Source: an uncultured Phycisphaerales bacterium
Lineage (GTDB): Bacteria; Planctomycetota; Phycisphaerae; Phycisphaerales; SM1A02
Assembly (NCBI GenBank): GCA_938084645.1
Contig: CALKEP010000030.1
Location: 1-34,015, forward strand
DNA: 34,015 nucleotides
Direction: 5' to 3'
Under the pieces are notes generated by a model. That model was not told where the DNA came from, ran no database searches, and saw nothing but the letters and a program-made list of their open reading frames with translations. Shown piece by piece: positions 18,151 through 25,491 of this stretch. Both the position numbers and the translations under genes were made by a program. How positions within the stretch are numbered: position 1 is the stretch's first letter; each line of letters starts with the position of its first letter.

Positions 18151-18522
18151 TCAGCCGGAACTCTGGACGAAATGAAGGTCGATGTATCGGGCCACGTAGT
18201 CGAGAATGCTCGAGGCCTCGGGGATCTGGGGGTTCGAAGTCGCGCCCATCGGCTCGAAGCGCATTCCGCGGAACCGCTCGACCGCATCCGCGGGACTCAG
18301 GCCGTGCTGCAAGGCCAGGCTGAAGGCCCGGCAGAAGCCCTGGATCAGGCCGGACAGCGTCGACCCCTCCTTGCTCATCTTGATGAACACCTCTCCGGGG
18401 TTCCCGTCGTCGAACAGTCCGATGGTCAGGTATCCCTCGTGTCCCGCGATCGCGAACTTGTGGGTCATCGATCGGCGGGTGTTGGGGAGGCTCTGTCGGG
18501 GAGGAACTGCCATGGTCTGCAT
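18151..18522 (-). CDS. Stand-alone TSCPD-type domain protein (homologous to the C-terminal domain of class II ribonucleotide reductase NrdJ)
   Basis: R..LP..R.S.THKF.IAGHEGY.TIGLFDDG.PGEVFI.MSKEGSTL.G...SLALQHG...FEP.G...SSILDY; AGGAG upstream of ATG 18522 (alternative start 18513). Confidence 0.8.
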   Translation of the reverse strand: MQTMAVPPRQSLPNTRRSMTHKFAIAGHEGYLTIGLFDDGNPGEVFIKMSKEGSTLSGLIQGFCRAFSLALQHGLSPADAVERFRGMRFEPMGATSNPQIPEASSILDYVARYIDLHFVQSSG

Positions 18523-18652
18523 CTGCTTGCGACTCCTGAAGTCCGACTCCGTGACGCCACGATCCTTCGATGCGTCTCGAGCCGATGATCTCACGGACGA
18601 AGATCGTATCGGCCAGCGAAGGTCGGTCACTCGATTTTCGATCTCCTGACCG

Positions 18653-18692
18653 AAAACGACCGCCCGCGAACCTCGGATTCGCGGGCGGTCGT
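18653..18692 (-). terminator. Intrinsic terminator after rplI
   Basis: 15-bp perfect stem ACGACCGCCCGCGAA/TTCGCGGGCGGTCGT followed by a T-run on the minus strand. Confidence 0.85.
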
Positions 18693-18727
18693 GGTCTGCA
18701 TCGGATCGGGCGGCCCGATCGGGGCGG

Positions 18728-19354
18728 TCAGGCCTCGGAGGGCTCGGCGGCCGCCTCGGTCTTGGATTCCTCGGTGGCCGTCTCCTCGGATCCCTCCGCG
18801 TCGGCCTCTGGAGCCCGTCGGGCGGAGGGTTCGATCAGTTCGCCCTCGTTGTCGAACTCCATCTCCTCGGATTCCTCGGCAAGCGAGCGATCGGCCTCGA
18901 CCACGATGTGGATCTGGGCTCGGAGATCCTTCTCGAACTGGATCACGACCGGATAGTCGCCGACCCGGCGGATCGGGTTCGCGAGCCGGACGGCTCGTTC
19001 GTCGACCGCATGACCGAGTTCGGTCAGGCCATCGGAGATGTCCCGCTGCGTGACGGAACCGTAGAGCACGCCACGGTCGTTGCAGCTTCGGACGAGCGTG
19101 ATGCTCATCTCCTCGAGGGCGTCGATGATCTTCTTCCGCTCGCCGCGGACCTGCTCGAGCTCCGCGAGGGCTTCCGCACGAGCGGCCTTGAGGGCTTCGA
19201 CGCGTTCGTCGGTCGGCGCTTCGGCGATGCCGAGGGGAAGCAGGAAGTTCCGAGCGTAGCCGGGCTTCACGGTGACGACGTCGCCGACGATGCCGAGGCT
19301 CTCGACGTTCTGGTTGAGCAGGAGGGTGATGGTGCGGGTGGACTTGGCAGGCAT
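18728..19354 (-). CDS. rplI: 50S ribosomal protein L9 with acidic C-terminal extension
   Basis: LG.VGDVV.VKPGYARNFLLP, LYGSVT.RDI, PIRRVG.Y.V. Confidence 0.96.
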   Translation of the reverse strand: MPAKSTRTITLLLNQNVESLGIVGDVVTVKPGYARNFLLPLGIAEAPTDERVEALKAARAEALAELEQVRGERKKIIDALEEMSITLVRSCNDRGVLYGSVTQRDISDGLTELGHAVDERAVRLANPIRRVGDYPVVIQFEKDLRAQIHIVVEADRSLAEESEEMEFDNEGELIEPSARRAPEADAEGSEETATEESKTEAAAEPSEA

Positions 19355-19425
19355 GGTGTTCTCGCTGTCCTCGTTTCCGGGTTAGGAGCCGTCGCGACAG
19401 GGACGGCCCCAGCGAATGAGATCGG

Positions 19426-19466
19426 AGATTATGACAGAACCAGCCCTTCGAAGGAAGGGCTGGCTC
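19426..19466 (-). promoter_or_regulatory. Stem-loop followed by an extended -10-like TGtCATAAT upstream of rplI
   Basis: Minus strand GAGCCAGCCCTTC-CTTC-GAAGGGCTGGTTC, then TGTCATAAT. Confidence 0.45.
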
Positions 19467-19555
19467 GACGTGGAATCATCGTTTTTCGAGGCTGCAGCCC
19501 CTTTTCGGGACGACGAGGCCACGAAGCGTCGAATGAAGATCGGTCTGGCGTCTGA

Positions 19556-20026
19556 TCAGAACGGAATGTCGTCCGCGTCGACGGGCTGATGTCCGCCGCC
19601 GCCACCGCCACCACCGGACTGCTGGCCACCTGACGGAGCGCCCGCGGAGGCGTAGGAACCGCCGCCACCGCCGCCACCGCCGTTGCCGCCGCCCTCGCGT
19701 CCGCCGACGAATTGGAAGTTCTCGACGACGACCTTGAGCTTCGAGCGGTTTCCGCCGTCCTTGTCCTGCCAGGAGTCGAGCTTGAGTCGGCCCTGGATCA
19801 GGACCGGACGGCCCTTCGAGAGGTACTGGGCCATGACTTCGGCCTGGCGCCCCCAGGACTCACAGTCGACGAAGGTCGTCTCTTCGCGTCGTTCGCCGTC
19901 CTTGGTCTGGAAGGTTCGATTGACCGCGAGGCCGATGTTCGCGACGGTCTGGTTCGACGGGGTGTGACGCAACTCGATGTCGCGGGTGAGATTTCCGAGC
20001 AGGATGACTTGGTTGAAACTGGCCAT
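19556..20026 (-). CDS. ssb: Single-stranded DNA-binding protein
   Basis: MASFNQVILLGNLTRD.ELR, Gly-rich linker, C-terminal DDIPF. Confidence 0.97.
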   Translation of the reverse strand: MASFNQVILLGNLTRDIELRHTPSNQTVANIGLAVNRTFQTKDGERREETTFVDCESWGRQAEVMAQYLSKGRPVLIQGRLKLDSWQDKDGGNRSKLKVVVENFQFVGGREGGGNGGGGGGGGSYASAGAPSGGQQSGGGGGGGGHQPVDADDIPF

Positions 20027-20140
20027 GATTGGTCTCCGAGGTCTTGGATATCGGAGTGTACGCAGCCGCTTCGGCGTCCTGCCCGGGCGATGCTGAAAAA
20101 CGACGAGTCGTCCACATTTCGCGGGTGAATCAGGTCCCTC

Positions 20141-20182
20141 AGGAACAAGACGCGGGGGGCGACCGATCGGTCGCCCCCCGCG
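20141..20182 (-). terminator. Probable terminator after rpsF (perfect 32-bp palindrome at 20151-20182)
   Basis: CGCGGGGGGCGACCGATCGGTCGCCCCCCGCG followed by TCTTGTT on the minus strand. Confidence 0.7.
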
Positions 20183-20214
20183 AGGTGGTTGCATGAACAA
20201 GGGCCTTCGGCCGG

Positions 20215-20727
20215 TCAACCGGCGTCATCGGCCTCGGGGGCCGCGGTCTCCGCCACCGCTTCGGTGGGGGCTTCCTCGGCGGGGGACTCGTCCGAGGCCG
20301 GGGCCGCGGGTGCCGTCGCGGTGACGGTCGGCGGCGCGACGGTCGCTTCGGCGGCCTGCGTCTCGCGGAGCTTGATCTCGTCCTCGAGGGTGGCCCGCTG
20401 GTCGGCGGCCTCGATCTCCTCGGTGGGGACGTGTTCGGCTCGAAGGACCATCGCCCGGAGCATGAGCTCGCTCAGGTTGCAGTCCCGCTCGATGCTCGGG
20501 ATGCGGGAGCGATCGGCCTTGAAGTAGGTGAGGATGTAGAGCCCTCGCTTGTTGCTCGAGATGTCGTAGGCGAGACGTCGCTCGTCCCACTTCTGCATCG
20601 CCACGACCTCGGCGCCCGCCCGATCGAGGATCGAGTTGACGTGGTCGATGACGCCGCGGAGATCGGCGGCGGCGGACTGGGGGAAGAGGAACATGCCCTC
20701 GTAGATTCCGTGTCGTACTTCGCTCAT
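20215..20727 (-). CDS. rpsF: 30S ribosomal protein S6 with Ala/Glu/Pro-rich tail
   Basis: YEGMFL, WDERRLAYDI, GLYILTYF, IERDCNLSE..LR; AGGA spacing favours ATG 20727 (alternative 20736). Confidence 0.94.
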   Translation of the reverse strand: MSEVRHGIYEGMFLFPQSAAADLRGVIDHVNSILDRAGAEVVAMQKWDERRLAYDISSNKRGLYILTYFKADRSRIPSIERDCNLSELMLRAMVLRAEHVPTEEIEAADQRATLEDEIKLRETQAAEATVAPPTVTATAPAAPASDESPAEEAPTEAVAETAAPEADDAG

Positions 20728-20809
20728 CGTGGTCATTCCTGTTGCGACGCCGCGGTGTGCGGCGCCTGGGGGGCGGATGTTCCGCCGTTTCGATCGGATC
20801 GGCCCGGGT

Positions 20810-21391
20810 TCAGCCCGCGACCTTCCGGTTGAATCGATTCATCGCCGGTGCGAGCCCTTCGCTCGCCCAGCACGCAGCCGCGACCGCGGCATCGTCGAGC
20901 GAAGGCTCGACGAGTTCCTGTTGCTCGGGCGTGAACCGGCCGAGCACGTAGTTGCTGAGCGGAATGGGACCTGGCTTGTCGATTCCGATCCGGAGTCGAG
21001 GCCATGCATCCGTGCCCAGCGTTCGCGAAACGTCCGCGAGACCGTTGTGACCCCCGGCACCGCCGCCCGGCTTGATCCGGACGGAGCCGCAGGGGATCGC
21101 GGTGTCGTCGACGACGATCAGGAGATCGTCGGCGGGCGACATCTTGTAGAAGCGGATCGCCTCCGCCACCGACCTTCCGCTCACGTTCATGAAGGTGAGC
21201 GGCTTGAGGAGGAGGACCTTCTCGCCTTCGATCATCGCCTCGACGACCAGTCCCGAGAAGCGACTGCGTGCGGAACCGGCCGCGGGATCCGCGTACCGGC
21301 GGGCGAGCCGGTCCACGACCTCGAACCCGACGTTGTGCCGGGTGCGGTCGTATTCCTGCCCTGGATTGCCCAGTCCGACGACGAGCTTCAT
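20810..21391 (-). CDS. pth: Peptidyl-tRNA hydrolase
   Basis: MKLVVGLGNPG.EY..TRHNVGF, KPLTFMN.SG, GGHNGL, RLRIGI. Confidence 0.97.
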   Translation of the reverse strand: MKLVVGLGNPGQEYDRTRHNVGFEVVDRLARRYADPAAGSARSRFSGLVVEAMIEGEKVLLLKPLTFMNVSGRSVAEAIRFYKMSPADDLLIVVDDTAIPCGSVRIKPGGGAGGHNGLADVSRTLGTDAWPRLRIGIDKPGPIPLSNYVLGRFTPEQQELVEPSLDDAAVAAACWASEGLAPAMNRFNRKVAG

Positions 21392-21435
21392 GCGAGTGAT
21401 CCTGAAAGACGTTTCGAAGCGATGAACGGACGGGA

Positions 21436-22062
21436 TCAGTCCCCGTCCCCGTCCGCGGCGGGCGCGTCGCCCTCGGCGGCGGTTTCCTCGGCGGGTGCCG
21501 CTTCCTCTTCCTCGGCGGCGATCTGGACGTGGATGATCATGGTCTCCGCCGGCGTGATCGCGACGATGCCCTCGGGCATCGTGAGCTCGCCCACGGTGAC
21601 CGACTGCTCGAAGCCGTCGAGTTCGACGCGGATGGATTCCGGAATGTTCCGGACCGTGCATTCGACTTCGATCTCGGAGTGATCGTGCACGACGATGGCG
21701 CCCGCGAGCTTGGCGTTCTGGATCTCGCCGACGAGGTCGAGATGGACGCGGACCGTCACCTTCTCGTCGAGGTTCACCCGGGCGAGGTCGACGTGGATCA
21801 CGTTGTCCCCGAGATAGCCGAACTGCAGGTCCTTCACGAGGCAGGTCTCGGTGGCGGCACCGTCGATCGCCACGTTGAAGACGTGCTGGCCGTGGTGGAG
21901 GTGGGCGAGCGTCGCCTTCTCCTCGATGCTCACCGAGATGGGGTCGGCGCCGTGGCCGTAGATGACCGCGGGAAGCTGGCCGGATTTGCGAAGTCGCTGG
22001 GCGTAGCGACTTCCGAGTCGCTCCCGCGTGGCGGCGTTGATGGTCGGGGTTTCATGAGTCAT
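21436..22062 (-). CDS. rplY: 50S ribosomal protein L25 (Ctc-type, long form)
   Basis: R..LG......LRK.G.LPAVIYGHG, VKDLQ, IHVDL, NIPESI.V. Confidence 0.93.
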   Translation of the reverse strand: MTHETPTINAATRERLGSRYAQRLRKSGQLPAVIYGHGADPISVSIEEKATLAHLHHGQHVFNVAIDGAATETCLVKDLQFGYLGDNVIHVDLARVNLDEKVTVRVHLDLVGEIQNAKLAGAIVVHDHSEIEVECTVRNIPESIRVELDGFEQSVTVGELTMPEGIVAITPAETMIIHVQIAAEEEEAAPAEETAAEGDAPAADGDGD

Positions 22063-22130
22063 GCCTGAATCTCCATTCGAATACGAAACGTCGTCGTGGC
22101 GCGTCGGCCGCGGCGACGGGTTGTTTCCAG

Positions 22131-23114
22131 TTAACGCTTGGTGCCCACGCCGGTCCGGAACATCGCGGACACCGACTGGTCGTGGTGGATGCGGTGCACC
22201 GCCTCGCCGAGCAGCTTGGCGACGCTGAGCACGGTGATCTTGTCCTGGATCGCCCCGTAGCGGTCTCCGGCGGGAATCGTGTCGCACACGTTCACCCGCG
22301 AGATGGGACTGTCGGCGATCCGTTCCATGGCCATTCCCACCAGCACGGGGTGGGTCGCGGAGACGACGACGTCGGTTGCGCCGTGTTCCTTGACGAGTCG
22401 GGCGGCCTCGCACACGGTTCCCGCGGTCGAGATCATGTCGTCGAACATCAGGACCGTCCGGCCGTCGACGTCGCCGATGAGGTTCTTGACCGTGACCTCG
22501 GTTCCGGACTGGCGACGCTTGTCGACGATCGCGAGGTCGCAGCCCAGGACGGTCGCGTACATGTTCGCGACCTTCACGTTGCCGACGTCCGGGGAGACGA
22601 CCACGATCTCACGCAGGGCGTCGCGGGATGCGAGGAAGTGTTCGACGAACACCGGCGCGGCGCTGAGGTGATCGACCGGAATGTCGAAGAAGCCCTGGAT
22701 CTGGGCCGCGTGCAGGTCCATGCAGAGGACCCGGTCCGCCCCGGCGGCGGTGACGAGGTTGGCGACCATCTTCGCGGTGATCGGGACGCGTCCTTCGTCC
22801 TTGCGATCCTGACGGGCGTATCCGAAGTACGGGATCACCGCGGTGATGCGCTTGGCCGATGCCCGGCGAAGGCAGTCGATGTAGATCAGGAGTTCGATCA
22901 GGCTGTCGTTGACGGGCTGGCAGGTCGATTGGACGACGAAGCAGTCGCGACCACGGACGTCCTCGTCGAGCTTGACGAAGATCTCCCCGTCGGGGAATTC
23001 CGACGACGTGCTCTGGCCCATGGGGAGGTCCAGATGCGTGCACATCGACGCGGCGAGGTCGCGCCCGGCGCGGCCTGCGAAGATCTTGATGTGTTCCCGG
23101 TCGCTCGCCGTCAT
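22131..23114 (-). CDS. prs: Ribose-phosphate pyrophosphokinase
   Basis: FPDGE, VRG.D, PYFGYARQDRK, DLHAAQIQGFF, VSPDVG, DDMISTAGT. Confidence 0.97.
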   Translation of the reverse strand: MTASDREHIKIFAGRAGRDLAASMCTHLDLPMGQSTSSEFPDGEIFVKLDEDVRGRDCFVVQSTCQPVNDSLIELLIYIDCLRRASAKRITAVIPYFGYARQDRKDEGRVPITAKMVANLVTAAGADRVLCMDLHAAQIQGFFDIPVDHLSAAPVFVEHFLASRDALREIVVVSPDVGNVKVANMYATVLGCDLAIVDKRRQSGTEVTVKNLIGDVDGRTVLMFDDMISTAGTVCEAARLVKEHGATDVVVSATHPVLVGMAMERIADSPISRVNVCDTIPAGDRYGAIQDKITVLSVAKLLGEAVHRIHHDQSVSAMFRTGVGTKR

Positions 23115-23905
23115 GCGTCGGTCTCCGAGGAATTGATGCCGTGGCGGACGCGGATGATCTCGTCCACGATCGCCAGCTGTTCCTGATCATTGATGCTCAA
23201 CACGTCCTCGGCGGGCACCGCGTCCACGACCGCGACCCTCGCGCCGTCCTGCCGGGCGATGCCGAAGACGTCGGTCACGTAGTACTCGCCGTTGGCGTTG
23301 TCGTTTCCGGTGCGGGCGAGTCGGTCGAACAGCGGGCCGGCCCGGAAGCAGTAGTACGAGGGGTTGACCTCCCCGATCTCGAGCTGCTCGGGGGTCGCGT
23401 CCTTCTGTTCGACGATGCGTTCGAAGTCGCCCGCGGCGTCCCGCAGGATGCGTCCGTAGCCGGACGGGTTCTCGATCTGGGCGGTCGCCAGCGTTGCCTC
23501 GGCGGTGGTGCCTCGGTGCGTCTCGAGCAGCGTGGAGAGGGTCTCGGTGCGGATCAGCGGGCCGTCGCCGCAGAGGACGAAGACGTCGTGGGTGCCGCGA
23601 TCGCCGAACGCGGCGCGAGCCTGGTCCACGGCGTGCCCCGTGCCGAGCTGCTCGGTCTGCTCGACGAATTCGATGTCGGTCGCGCCCGCGAGACTGCCCC
23701 GGACCAGGTCGCCCTTGAATCCGACCACCACGACGATCCGGTCCGCGCCGGCGGCGCGGCAGGCGTCGATCACCCAGTGGAGCATCGGTCGACCACCGAC
23801 TTCGTGCATCACCTTCGGCAGATCGCTCTGCATCCGCGTCCCCTTGCCGGCCGCGAGGATGATGGCGTCGACGGGTGTGGCGTGGTTGTGTTCGGTGGCG
23901 TTCAT
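23111..23905 (-). CDS. glmU: GlmU-like uridylyltransferase, N-terminal domain only
   Basis: ILAAGKGTRMQSDLPKV.H, QTEQLGTGHAV, GDGPL, GYGRI.R, VEQKDA, NANGEYY.TD; ends before any hexapeptide-repeat domain. Alternative start GTG 23932. Confidence 0.85.
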   Translation of the reverse strand: MNATEHNHATPVDAIILAAGKGTRMQSDLPKVMHEVGGRPMLHWVIDACRAAGADRIVVVVGFKGDLVRGSLAGATDIEFVEQTEQLGTGHAVDQARAAFGDRGTHDVFVLCGDGPLIRTETLSTLLETHRGTTAEATLATAQIENPSGYGRILRDAAGDFERIVEQKDATPEQLEIGEVNPSYYCFRAGPLFDRLARTGNDNANGEYYVTDVFGIARQDGARVAVVDAVPAEDVLSINDQEQLAIVDEIIRVRHGINSSETDA

Positions 23906-23976
23906 GTCGTCGTTCGGGGTGCCCTGGGGCACGATCCGTGGATGGATCGGGGGAGAAGCGTCGAAGACCGGGGAAG

Positions 23977-24047
23977 CTGGCCCGCCTAGATTTGAACTAG
24001 GACTGCTTGGATCAAAACCAAGAGTGCTACCGTTACACCACGGGCCA
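23977..24047 (-). tRNA. tRNA-Gln (anticodon TTG), CCA not encoded
   Basis: Cloverleaf: acceptor TGGCCCG/CGGGCCA with U1-A72, anticodon arm CTTGG-TTTTGAT-CCAAG, T arm CCTAG-TTCAAAT-CTAGG. Confidence 0.97.
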
Positions 24048-24379
24048 GTGGGGGATCCATCTCACGATCGCGAGCGGGATTCCGCGAAGATGCTTCCTCG
24101 CCGGACGTCTGAAGATGAGGGTCGTTCTGTGGACTCGGGACGCGTCGCTGACGCATCATCGGAACCGGAGAACGCCGGACGGGACCATCCCGCTCGACGG
24201 GTCGCGGTCCGGAGCGTCGATGACGTTCCGAGTCCGCGGCTGAGGTGGGCGGGAGCACGCGAAAGCCGCGAACGGCGTGCCCCATGGAGCGCCAGCAATG
24301 CTGTCACTCTCGGCCCGAGCCCCGGAGTCTACCGGAATCCACGCCTCGACGAAAGTCCCCCGCGCGATCCGATTTGACG

Positions 24380-24410
24380 AAAAAACCCCGATCCCGGGAC
24401 GGGATCGGGG
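24380..24410 (-). terminator. Intrinsic terminator after the 24446-25156 gene
   Basis: CCCCGATCCCG/CGGGATCGGGG stem followed by T6 on the minus strand. Confidence 0.85.
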
Positions 24411-24445
24411 CCTTCAGGAGAAAGCGAGGCGATTCGTCGGAACAC

Positions 24446-25156
24446 TCAATCTCGACGTCGCCTCTCGGATGGTGAGGATCGCTTCCGGTCGGAGATCTTC
24501 GGGTCGGCGTCGTTCGCTCGGCGAAGTCGGGGGCTGCTGTCACGGTCCCGCCGGACCTCGTCGGACGACCGCTTCACGCCTTGGGCTCGCTTCCCGATTC
24601 GAACGCGTCGGACCTCGTCACGTTCGCGGGCCTCGTTCCCCGCGTTCCGGTTCGCCGATCCACGGTGCCGCTTCGAACCTCGGACGCCTTCACGATCGCG
24701 CCGATCGCGATCGGGCTGAGCCCGCCTTCCGTCTCGGCGCCCGTCGACCTTGCTGCGCATCGGCGTCTTCGCGTCGACCCGATCGACGCCGCGACGGGAC
24801 CGTCCATCCCGGAGTTCACGTCGATCCCGGTCTTCACCGGCGCGGCTCGTCATCGGCCCGGCCCGCCGGATTCGTCGCTCGCCATCGTGATCATCCGAGA
24901 TCTTGGCGAGGCGACCGAGCAACGCCTGGCGCATCCGAGGCGACATTCGATCCACCTGCTCGGCGATTCGTCGGGCCTGTTCGGGTGTGAAGCTCCGTGC
25001 GTTCGCGTGACGGGGTGGTGCGTCCGAACGATCGAGCATCGGCGTTCCGGCCTCGGACGCCGAAGGGCTTCGTTCGACCGTGGCCGACGAGGAGGCGAAG
25101 GCTCCCGACGCCAGGGCCAGTGAGAAGGGAAGGATGATCGCAGTCAATCGGCGCAT
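24446..25156 (-). CDS. Secreted Arg/Asp-rich low-complexity hypothetical protein
   Basis: Signal peptide MRRLTAIILPFSLALASGAFA, GGAG SD, terminator immediately downstream. Confidence 0.65.
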   Translation of the reverse strand: MRRLTAIILPFSLALASGAFASSSATVERSPSASEAGTPMLDRSDAPPRHANARSFTPEQARRIAEQVDRMSPRMRQALLGRLAKISDDHDGERRIRRAGPMTSRAGEDRDRRELRDGRSRRGVDRVDAKTPMRSKVDGRRDGRRAQPDRDRRDREGVRGSKRHRGSANRNAGNEARERDEVRRVRIGKRAQGVKRSSDEVRRDRDSSPRLRRANDADPKISDRKRSSPSERRRRD

Positions 25157-25441
25157 GGGACAGGACTCCATTCGAATGGCGGCGGACGGTTCGCGTCCGT
25201 GTCGCACTGGAAGAGGCGTCGCGCTCTTTCGAGGCGTTGCACGCTGAAGTTCGGATTCGCAGGACCTCCGGTCAAGCGAACATCTTGAAAACGAATCAGG
25301 ATCGCGTGCATTGCCGCGCGTGCGGGCAATTCAGGAATTTCGCCCGTCGCACCGGCTGGTCCGGAAAACAAGGCGAATTCGGGCATCCGCACGATCGCGT
25401 GGTCGGGACCGGCCGGAGCCTCGCGGGGGGCGGAAGCCTCG

Positions 25442-25450
25442 TGCTACAGT
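25442..25450 (+). promoter_or_regulatory. Extended -10 (TGcTACAGT) for the aldehyde dehydrogenase
   Basis: TGnTAnnnT about 41 nt upstream of ATG 25492. Confidence 0.5.
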
Positions 25451-25491
25451 CCTTGGTCTCCGGGCCGGAACACTCATCGAAGGAACACGAC

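Noticed and set aside
16312..18588. Long antisense or alternative-frame ORFs (for example 16312-18588 +, 7954-9516 +, 6349-7869 -, 25474-26967 -, 31740-33338 +)
   Set aside because: They overlap genes with clear family motifs and have Arg/Gly/Pro-rich shadow composition, as expected at this GC content.
19355..19555. rpsR gene or pseudogene between ssb and rplI
   Set aside because: No S18-like translation was recognised; the region contains hairpins and a promoter-like element.
23977..24047. tRNA as an integration site for an island
   Set aside because: No integrase, no duplicated tRNA 3' end and no compositional shift; housekeeping glmU-prs follows directly.
24048..24379. 6S RNA, SRP RNA or 5S rRNA in the tRNA upstream spacer
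   Set aside because: No SRP GNRA/AGCAG core or 5S conserved blocks were found. The long 6S-like pairing would need bases overlapping the candidate -10 element.
25200..25260. ECF sigma promoter (GAACTT / GCAAC motifs) upstream of the secreted Arg-rich gene
   Set aside because: Spacing to a plausible -10 is not convincing, so it cannot be supported from one instance.
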